38,708 nucleotides of DNA from an archaeon (GTDB taxonomy: Archaea; Iainarchaeota; Iainarchaeia; Iainarchaeales; GW2011-AR10). Below the pieces are notes generated by a model that was given only the letters and a program-made list of their open reading frames with translations, did no database searches and was not told where the DNA came from. This document shows positions 32,424-38,708 of the stretch, one piece after another. Where the stretch lies: assembly GCA_030651515.1 (NCBI GenBank), contig JAUSEO010000005.1, forward strand, positions 1 to 38,708, read 5' to 3'. The position numbers and the translations under genes were made by a program. Each line of letters begins with the position of its first letter. Position 1 is the stretch's first letter.

Positions 32424-33647
32424 TTATAGTTTCTTCAGTTTTTCAAGCTCGTTAAAACGGATTTTTTCCTGCTTTCCGGTCGCCATGTTTTTGAGGTTGA
32501 ATGCCTTTTCTTTTTCCTCGTTTTCACCAAAAACAATGGCAAATGGAATCTTTTTTCCAGAGGCAAATTCAAGGCTTTTTGAAACGTTCCTGTTCATCAA
32601 GTCGATTTCCGTGCTTATGCCAAGTGCCCTGATTTTTTGGCAAAGCAAAAGCGCAGGCTCGAAAAAATCTTTGGAAAAAGGCGCAATGAAAACTTTTGTC
32701 CCATTCGGGTTTTTTTCTTTTACAAGCTCCATTACACGCTCAACCCCAAAGCTAATCCCGACAGCCGGGACTTTTGCCCCGCCCATGTCTGAAATAAGGT
32801 TGTCATAGCGCCCGCCGCCCCCGATGCTTGGGCCATCGCTTTTCACTTCAAACACATTCCCCGTATAGTACTCGAGGCCGCGTGCAAGCGAAAGGTCAAA
32901 CTCCAAAAATTCTTCAACCCCTGTTTTTTTCGCCAAGCTAAACAATTCATTTATCTCCTTCAAGCCTTCTGATGAGGGGATAATTTTTTGGAGTTCCTTA
33001 ATCGAGCAGGAAAGTTTGGCAACGATTTCTGTTTTGATTTTCTTTTCCTTCAGTTCTTTTTCAACTTCTTTTGTCCCAATCTTGTCAAGTTTGTCCATGC
33101 AGCGGAAGCACTCTTTTGCCTGGTCTTTTTTAACTCCGCATGCAACCGCAAAGTCCTCCAGGAGCTTTCTGTTGTTGACTTTTATTTTCCCTTTCACTCC
33201 AAGCTTTTTGAGGACGTCAACTGCAATCAGCACGCATTCAAAGTCAGCAGAAACCAATGGCGAGCCAATGATGTCCGCGTCAGCCTGTGTGAACTCGCGC
33301 CACCTTTTTGCCTGTGGCCTGTCATAGCGCCACACTTGTGCAATCTGGTAGCGCTTGAAAGGCTTTTTGAGTGCAGGGTTTGATGCTACAACCCGTGCAA
33401 GTGGGACTGTGAGGTCAAACCGAAGGCCGATTTCGCGTCCGCCCTTGTCATTGAAAAAATAAATCTCATCCTTAATCGCTGTTCCGGCAGTGTCTTTTTT
33501 TGTAAGCGTTTCAAGCTCTTCAAGTGCAGGCGTCTGCAGTGGTTCAAAGCCGTAGGACTCAAAAACCTGCCTGCATGTGTCCTCGACAAACTGTTTTTTC
33601 CTTGCATTTTCTCCGACAAAGTCCTGCATTCCACGCACTGTTTTCAT
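32424..33647 (-). CDS. hisS: histidine--tRNA ligase
   Basis: 407 aa. RGMQDF, YQIAQVWRYDRPQAKRWREFTQADADIIG and GGGGRYDNLI are class II HisRS motifs. Confidence 0.95.
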   Translation of the reverse strand: MKTVRGMQDFVGENARKKQFVEDTCRQVFESYGFEPLQTPALEELETLTKKDTAGTAIKDEIYFFNDKGGREIGLRFDLTVPLARVVASNPALKKPFKRYQIAQVWRYDRPQAKRWREFTQADADIIGSPLVSADFECVLIAVDVLKKLGVKGKIKVNNRKLLEDFAVACGVKKDQAKECFRCMDKLDKIGTKEVEKELKEKKIKTEIVAKLSCSIKELQKIIPSSEGLKEINELFSLAKKTGVEEFLEFDLSLARGLEYYTGNVFEVKSDGPSIGGGGRYDNLISDMGGAKVPAVGISFGVERVMELVKEKNPNGTKVFIAPFSKDFFEPALLLCQKIRALGISTEIDLMNRNVSKSLEFASGKKIPFAIVFGENEEKEKAFNLKNMATGKQEKIRFNELEKLKKL

Positions 33648-33666
33648 TCATTCCACCTTCAATATA

Positions 33667-33740
33667 GGGCCGCGATCGGGATTTGAACCCGAGTCGGAGG
33701 ATCCACAGTCCTCCATGCTAGACCACTGCACCATCGCAGC
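33667..33740 (-). tRNA. tRNA-His(GTG) with genome-encoded G-1
   Basis: Hand fold: G(-1)-GCTGCGA-TG-GTGC-AGTGGTCTA-GCAT-G-GAGGA-CTGTGGA-TCCTC-CGAC-TCGGG-TTCAAAT-CCCGA-TCGCGGC-C73. Contains a U3-G70 wobble. Confidence 0.9.
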
Positions 33741-34025
33741 CAGTTTCAAGTTTTCCCGAGTCCAAAAGCTATTTTGCATTAAACCCAGAGAGAACAAGGA
33801 AAACAAAAAATTTAAGCTAGTTGCAGGCCTAAAAAAAACAGTTAAATCAGTTATGAAGACACTCACTTTTAATTGCCTGCATAATCTATATTTCCAGCCA
33901 CTTGTTTAAATAACTTTTCCAGGCTGTTTTTTTGCCTTTTGACTTGCCCCCTGGAAACCTTTAAATCCTTGCCTTGAAACAATTTATTTTGGGCTTTTAA
34001 ACGCACGGGTAGCGAAGCGGCCAAA

Positions 34026-34108
34026 TGCAGGAGGCAGGACTCGAACCTGCGAAGCCACTAAGGCATCAGGCCCTGAACCTGATCGAATTGCCACTATCGG
34101 ACTCCTGC
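34026..34108 (-). tRNA. tRNA-Leu(CAG), long variable arm
   Basis: Hand fold: GCAGGAG-TC-CGA-TAGTGGCAAT-TCG-A-TCAGG-TTCAGGG-CCTGA-TGCCTTAGTGGCTTC-GCAGG-TTCGAGT-CCTGC-CTCCTGC-A. 83 nt. Confidence 0.9.
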
Positions 34109-34179
34109 AGTTGAAAATATGTTGAATAAACTATTTTCTCTTTGGGCAAAGACTATTTTTGGTTAAAAACATATTTTAA

Positions 34180-34416
34180 TTATCTTTTGTGGTATTTTTG
34201 AAAGAATTCTTCCTTGGTTATACTGCATTGTTTCAGAATTCCGTTTAACGTTCCAATATCCAGTTTTTTGTGGAGTGGAACTATGCTTACAATTGTCTCT
34301 TTTTCTGTTTTCTTTTTTATTCTCACATGGCTTCCTTTTTGCCGGATTGGTTCAAAACCAAATGTGTAAAGAATTTTTAGCAGTTCTTTTCCTGAAATAA
34401 TCGGGAGTTTTTCCAG
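34180..34416 (-). CDS. hicA: HicA-family toxin-like ORF without a canonical start codon (absent from the ORF track)
   Basis: Hand translation gives LEKLPIISGKELLKILYTFGFEPIRQKGSHVRIKKK...HKKLDIGTLNGILKQCSITKEEF: 78 codons plus stop. The SGKE..K.L...GF...RQKGSH motif is HicA. The frame opens with CTG directly after an in-frame TAA. Confidence 0.6.
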   Translation of the reverse strand: MEKLPIISGKELLKILYTFGFEPIRQKGSHVRIKKKTEKETIVSIVPLHKKLDIGTLNGILKQCSITKEEFFQKYHKR

Positions 34417-34430
34417 TTAAATCGCCTTTT

Positions 34431-34652
34431 TCAAGCATTCAAAAAAATAGTTGCGACTTTTGCCCTTTTAAAAGGCCTGGCTTTAAGCATTTTTTGGACG
34501 TCTTCATCCTCCAAATAAAGCTCCAAGGCCTCCTTTAAATTCTTTAAAGCTGCTTTTTCTGTTTTTCCTTGCGTAGTTACCCCAAGTTCTGGGCAAAAAG
34601 CTACAAAAGCGGTTTCCCCTTTGGTAATCACAGCAGAATACTCTTTTTCCAT
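34431..34652 (-). CDS. hicB: HicB-family antitoxin (UPF0150 fold)
   Basis: 73 aa from the ATG at 34652. MEKEYSAVITKGETAFVAFCPELGVTTQGKTEKAALKNLKEALELYLED matches the HicB N-domain. The longer track start is judged an extension. Confidence 0.75.
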   Translation of the reverse strand: MEKEYSAVITKGETAFVAFCPELGVTTQGKTEKAALKNLKEALELYLEDEDVQKMLKARPFKRAKVATIFLNA

Positions 34653-34746
34653 GATAAATATATCAGTCGTTGTTAATAAAAAAATTCCCTTTTTCAAGGT
34701 TTTTTTTCACCAATGCTTTTTATCCACTTTCTTCTTTTTTTTCTTC

Positions 34747-35736
34747 ATGCTTTTTGAGGTTCTTTTTGTTGCGCTGGGGGCTTACCTCATGCTCAAGGGC
34801 GCCGAGTGGGTGACGGATTCCTCCATCGGGGTTGCAAAGCGCCTTGGAACAACCCGCCTTGCAGTCGGTTTAATCCTTATCTCTGTCATGCTCAGTTTGC
34901 CGGAACTCCTTGTTGCTTTGTCTGCTTTTTTCAAGGGCCACGAAGACCTGAGCGTTGGAGTAAGCATTGGCTCAGTCATAGTCAACCTTGGGCTGATTCT
35001 TGGAATTACTGCACTGATTCGGCCGATAAAAGTCCCGCGCCACGTGGTTACGCGAGACGGGGTATTCATGCTGATTGCAACCATTGTTGTCGCCCTCATT
35101 GCACTGGAGGACTTGAAGCTTACACAGCGCGATGGGCTGATTTTTCTCTTGCTGTTCATCCCTTATGTCGTGAACGTGTACGAGCAGGAAAGGCAGCTTG
35201 CAAAGCACGAGCAGGAAAAAGAAGTGCAGGACATTTCCAAAACGCTTTTGCTGTTTGGAAAACTTGGAAACCCCCTTGTGATTAAAAGCGGTTACCTGAT
35301 TTTTTTTGTCGGCTTTGGCCTGCTTTTGGCGGGGTCAGAGCTGTTCACACAGGGCCTTTTGGGGGTCTCAAAGTTTTTTTCAGTCTCGGACGTTTTGGTT
35401 GGAGTAACTGTCGGAGCGCTTGGGCCAAGCCTCCCAAACCTCGTTGTGGCAATCCAGGCCTCCCGCAAAGGCTTTGACGACATAGTCGTTTCACAGTCGA
35501 TTGGTTCAAATATTTTCACTTTGTTTGTCACGCTTGGGATTCTGGCAACCGCACGGACAATAGTGCTCCAGCCGGAGTTTTCCGTCGTGACATTGCCTGC
35601 GCTTTTGGTTGTCACGGTTGTATCCTTTGTTTTTCTCGTGAAAGGAAAAATCGGGAGGCTGGAAGGTGCAGTCCTTGTGCTGCTTTACCTGGCAGCGCTT
35701 TTGGCTGAAATTGCATCAAACACTGCTTTTTTCTGA
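34747..35736 (+). CDS. Ca2+/cation antiporter (CaCA, YrbG-like)
   Basis: 329 aa from the ATG at 34747. Two alpha-repeats are present (SLPELLVAL and GPSLPNLVVAIQA). The track start at 34621 overlaps hicB and is unlikely. Confidence 0.85.
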   Translation: MLFEVLFVALGAYLMLKGAEWVTDSSIGVAKRLGTTRLAVGLILISVMLSLPELLVALSAFFKGHEDLSVGVSIGSVIVNLGLILGITALIRPIKVPRHVVTRDGVFMLIATIVVALIALEDLKLTQRDGLIFLLLFIPYVVNVYEQERQLAKHEQEKEVQDISKTLLLFGKLGNPLVIKSGYLIFFVGFGLLLAGSELFTQGLLGVSKFFSVSDVLVGVTVGALGPSLPNLVVAIQASRKGFDDIVVSQSIGSNIFTLFVTLGILATARTIVLQPEFSVVTLPALLVVTVVSFVFLVKGKIGRLEGAVLVLLYLAALLAEIASNTAFF

Positions 35737-35784
35737 ATCTGCAGGTTTTTATACCCGTTTAGCTTTTTGTTTTAAAGAAACACA

Positions 35785-37254
35785 ATGGCTTTGCGCTTTA
35801 CTTTAACCGACCTCAAAATAGTGCTTGGGGATCTTGGGCAGGTTTTTTACTTGAGTGCCCCAAGCTTTCTTGCCCCAATGCCATTTTCATTATTGTATGG
35901 TGAGCCTCTTCACTTTGTGTTTTCTTATTTCATCGCTGCTGCACTGGTTTTTTTGATTGGGCTTGCACTCAAAAAATTTTTCTCCACAAGTGCGGAAACC
36001 GAGACAAAGCACGCGTTTTTGACTGCAAGCCTATTGTGGCTCTTGTTCACGGCGTTTGCCGCAATGCCGTTTGTTTTAGTCCAAGGCACCAGTTTTGTTG
36101 ACGGTTTTTTTGAATCAATGTCTGCAATAACCACAACTGGCCTGAGCGTGCTTGACAGTGAACTTGACTCTGTCCCAAAAAGCCTGGTTTTTTGGAGGAG
36201 TTTTCTTGGATGGTTTGGGGGAATGGGGATAATAGTCCTTGCACTAATCGGGATAGTTTCAGCTTATTCCACTACGTCAAAACTTTTTTTTGCAGAGGGG
36301 CGCGATGACAGGATAAAACCAAACCTGAAGCACACGGTAAAAGAACTCTGGAAAATCTACCTTGCAATAACCGTGCTTGGAATTGCCGCCCTGCTGGTTG
36401 CAGGCATGGGTTTTTTTGACGCTCTCAATTATGCAATGTCTGCTGTTTCAACGTCTGGTGTAAACACTTCTCCCGACAGGCTTGCAGTGCAGCCAAACCT
36501 GTTGGTGGAAATAATCCTCACCTTGCTTTTGGTGATTGGCTCCACGAACTTTGCACTCCACTATGTTTTCATAAAAAAGAAAAACCCAAAAGTTTACCTG
36601 CAGAGTGCTGAGTTCAAAGCCATGCTTGCGTTTTCCATTATTGGTGGCTTGTTGGTGCTTCCAAAAATTGCATTGTTTGCCCCGGCTTTTTCCGAGGCAA
36701 TACGCATTTCTTTTTTCCACTCTTTTTCTGCACAGCTTGGCGGCTTCATGGCAGTCACGGTTTCTTACCTTGCCGCGTCAGACGATTTTGTCAAACTTGT
36801 TCTTGCAAGCCTCATGGTGGTTGGCGGAAGCAGTGGCAGCACTTCAGGCGGCCTGAAAGTAAGCCGCGTGCTTTTGGTGCTGAAGCAATTTTTGTGGAAA
36901 ATAAAGGAAACCACGCTTGACCGCGGAGCGGTTTTTACAAAAAAATTTGAAGGAACCGAAGTCGAGCCACAGCGCTTGTCTGACGTCAACCACTTTGTCC
37001 TAGTTTACCTGGCAGTCCTTTTGGTTGGGACAATGTTTTTGACAATCCATGGAAACTCTTTGGCTGATTCTTTTCTTGAAGCCTCGTCTGCCCAGGCAAA
37101 CGCGGGCATAAGCTCCGGAATAACGCACAAAGGAATGCCGGTTTCATCCGAAATTTCACTGGTTTTGCTCATGTGGCTTGGCCGCCTTGACATTATTCCC
37201 CTATTTGTAGGGCTTGGACTAGTGTTTTCGGGCCGCAAAGCCAAAGATTTTTAA
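35785..37254 (+). CDS. trkH: Trk/Ktr-type potassium uptake membrane subunit
   Basis: 489 aa, polytopic. Selectivity-filter-like repeats (TTTGLS, STSGVN, GSSGSTSGGLK, ANAGISSG) are typical of TrkH/KtrB. Confidence 0.9.
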   Translation: MALRFTLTDLKIVLGDLGQVFYLSAPSFLAPMPFSLLYGEPLHFVFSYFIAAALVFLIGLALKKFFSTSAETETKHAFLTASLLWLLFTAFAAMPFVLVQGTSFVDGFFESMSAITTTGLSVLDSELDSVPKSLVFWRSFLGWFGGMGIIVLALIGIVSAYSTTSKLFFAEGRDDRIKPNLKHTVKELWKIYLAITVLGIAALLVAGMGFFDALNYAMSAVSTSGVNTSPDRLAVQPNLLVEIILTLLLVIGSTNFALHYVFIKKKNPKVYLQSAEFKAMLAFSIIGGLLVLPKIALFAPAFSEAIRISFFHSFSAQLGGFMAVTVSYLAASDDFVKLVLASLMVVGGSSGSTSGGLKVSRVLLVLKQFLWKIKETTLDRGAVFTKKFEGTEVEPQRLSDVNHFVLVYLAVLLVGTMFLTIHGNSLADSFLEASSAQANAGISSGITHKGMPVSSEISLVLLMWLGRLDIIPLFVGLGLVFSGRKAKDF

Positions 37255-37400
37255 CCAAAAAAAGCCTAACTATAGCAAACGGCAAAAATAATTCGGACAA
37301 ACAAAAGCCGTTTGATATCCTGTCAAACCACGTTAAAATACCGGGAAACTTTCCTGGTTTGGCATAGTTAAAACCAGTAAAAAAAAGAGTTGATTTTTGG

Positions 37401-38054
37401 GTGTTCATAATCGTTATCGGTGCTGGGGACATTGGGTATTACCTGGCCCAGCTGTTGCTTGAAGAAGACCACGACGTTGTCGTCATAGACCGGGATGACG
37501 CCGTGTGCAAAAAAGTCTCCGAAGAACTCGACATAGTCGTCAACAAAGGGGACGCGACAGACCCCAAGGTCCTTGAAAAGGCAAACGTGAAGGAAGCAGA
37601 TGCAGTGGTTTCCCTTACAGGCATTGATGAGACAAACATGATTGTAAGCCTCTTGGCAAAAGAATTGGGGGCAAAAAGCGTTGCCACGCGCATTGGCCGC
37701 GTGGAATACGACGAAGGCGTTTTAAAAAAACTTGGAATAGACATCGTGATTCACCCGGAAGCAGCTGCAGCAGGATACATTGCAGAATTAATCACCAAGC
37801 CGGAAGTTTTGGACCTTGCTTTTATTTCGCGCGGCCAGGCAGAAATACTTGAACTCGAAGTCCTGCCGACCAGCAAAGCAGTTGGAAAAAAAATCAGGGA
37901 AATCGAGCACCCGGTCGGCTCTGCAATCGTTGCATTGTTTGAAGGTGACAACATCATTATTCCCGACCCGGAAAAAACCATCGAAGCCGGGATGAAAGTC
38001 CTAGTGCTTACAAAGAACGAGTCAATTGAAAAAGTCAGGAAAATGTTTGCGTGA
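37401..38054 (+). CDS. trkA: Trk system NAD-binding (RCK) subunit
   Basis: 217 aa. Rossmann motif IIVIGAGDIGYYLAQLL..E.HDVVVID, plus an RCK_C-like C-terminal half. GTG start. Confidence 0.9.
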   Translation: MFIIVIGAGDIGYYLAQLLLEEDHDVVVIDRDDAVCKKVSEELDIVVNKGDATDPKVLEKANVKEADAVVSLTGIDETNMIVSLLAKELGAKSVATRIGRVEYDEGVLKKLGIDIVIHPEAAAAGYIAELITKPEVLDLAFISRGQAEILELEVLPTSKAVGKKIREIEHPVGSAIVALFEGDNIIIPDPEKTIEAGMKVLVLTKNESIEKVRKMFA

Positions 38055-38210
38055 AAAAAAAATTATTCGCGCTCTTCGTGTTCATGGGGTGGCTGCTCCC
38101 CGGGGCGCAACTTTTTCTTCAAACCAAGCATTTCCAGAATTGTGCGAAAATTACTTCCAAATGACCTGGTTTTTGGCTGTCTTCCATAAGGCATTTTTTT
38201 TCACTTTCCT

Positions 38211-38513
38211 TTAAGCAGCTTTTTTCTTGGGTGCTTCATTTTGTGCAACTGGTTTTTGTGCAAGCATCCTGTGGCCTTCTGAACCAAAATACTGCCTTTT
38301 CAACGTTGGTTTTTTTGGTCTTGACAGGATTCTGATTCCTTTTCCTGCTGCGTGCGCTCCAAGTGTTCTGTGCCGTGCCCTTGCATGGCCCGCGGTTTTT
38401 TTCCGCTGGCCAGTTAAAAGAGCTCTTCTTGCATCCTCTGCAGCTCTTTGCTCAGGCGTAGTTGTAAGCCTTCTTACAAACTTTGTTCTCCACAATCTTC
38501 CAAGTGGCATCAA
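38211..38513 (-). CDS. very basic 100-aa protein (possible ribosomal or RNA-binding protein, family not recognised)
   Basis: Arg/Lys/His-rich (GQRKKTAGHARARHRTLGAH, SRPKKPTLKR). Coding-like GC content. I could not place it in a family. Confidence 0.4.
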   Translation of the reverse strand: MMPLGRLWRTKFVRRLTTTPEQRAAEDARRALLTGQRKKTAGHARARHRTLGAHAAGKGIRILSRPKKPTLKRQYFGSEGHRMLAQKPVAQNEAPKKKAA

Positions 38514-38708
38514 AAAAACCTCTTAAGTAAAAGAACATTTTTCGCGTATTTAAACTAAATGGTACGCCCGGCTCTGTTGAAAAAGTCTTATTTATGAGTT
38601 TGAACTACCACCCGTAGGTGGGGGATAAAACCAGTTGAGGTGGTTTAACCCAAAATGAAAGAAGTCAAACTAGTAATTAAAGTTAAGCGATTGTTGAAAA
38701 GAGGAAAA

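Noticed and set aside
34003-34030. Plus-strand GCACGGGTAGCGAAGCGGCCAAATGC looks like a tRNA 5' half (acceptor plus D arm). It overlaps the 3' end of tRNA-Leu on the opposite strand, so it could be a split-tRNA half.
   Set aside because: The continuation gives no anticodon stem and no U33. No matching CCCGTGC acceptor strand is nearby, and no complementary leader sequence typical of split tRNA halves was found.
34621-34746. Upstream extensions of the CaCA antiporter (track start 34621), of hicB (34653..34697) and of the DUF4064-like gene (31726..31857).
   Set aside because: The extensions overlap neighbouring genes or divergent promoters and encode low-complexity Phe/Leu-rich sequence. Internal ATGs give N-termini typical of the families.
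38655-38708. ATG-initiated frame MKEVKLVIKVKRLLKRGK at the window edge.
   Set aside because: Only 18 codons are visible, which is too short to support a call.

Overview
This 38.7-kb window looks like an archaeal chromosome segment, probably from a small, fairly AT-rich genome; the lineage is inferred. Most genes lie on the minus strand. The core is a complete A1A0/V-type ATP synthase operon in the archaeal order atpH-I-K-E-C-F-A-B-D (17162 down to 8771), with several 4-nt start/stop overlaps.

Six tRNA genes, all minus strand, were folded by hand: Thr-TGT and Thr-GGT (both with bulge-helix-bulge introns after position 37), Glu-CTC, Met/Ile2-CAT, His-GTG (G-1 encoded) and Leu-CAG. Housekeeping and transport genes include hisS, a UbiB/ABC1 kinase, trkH-trkA, a CaCA antiporter, a CPA2 antiporter, an EamA transporter, a PAP2 phosphatase, a nitroreductase, an SPFH/stomatin protein, an alpha/beta hydrolase and an RpiA-like protein.

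The most unusual region is an AT-rich accessory island (about 20.0-24.4 kb) next to tRNA-Glu. It carries a Bro-N protein, a DUF4258/DUF2283 pair, orphan ORFs and an IS4/IS5-superfamily element with 22-bp terminal inverted repeats and a 9-bp target duplication. It also holds a 12-nt exact direct repeat bracketing 2.26 kb, and three copies of a conserved 60-108-nt intergenic element, each directly upstream of an unrelated cargo gene.

Other observations:
- A relE-type module is bracketed by 21-nt direct repeats.
- A reversed hicB-hicA pair has a hicA frame with no canonical start codon.
- Two related GC-rich hairpin elements differ by a compensatory base-pair swap.
- Several intergenic spacers contain tandem perfect hairpins.
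- Odd homopolymer tracts occur.
- Two paralogous MsrQ-like heme-b membrane proteins are present, one clustered with secreted lipoproteins.

No CRISPR array, rRNA or integrase was seen. All calls rest on hand reading and motif memory; no searches were run.
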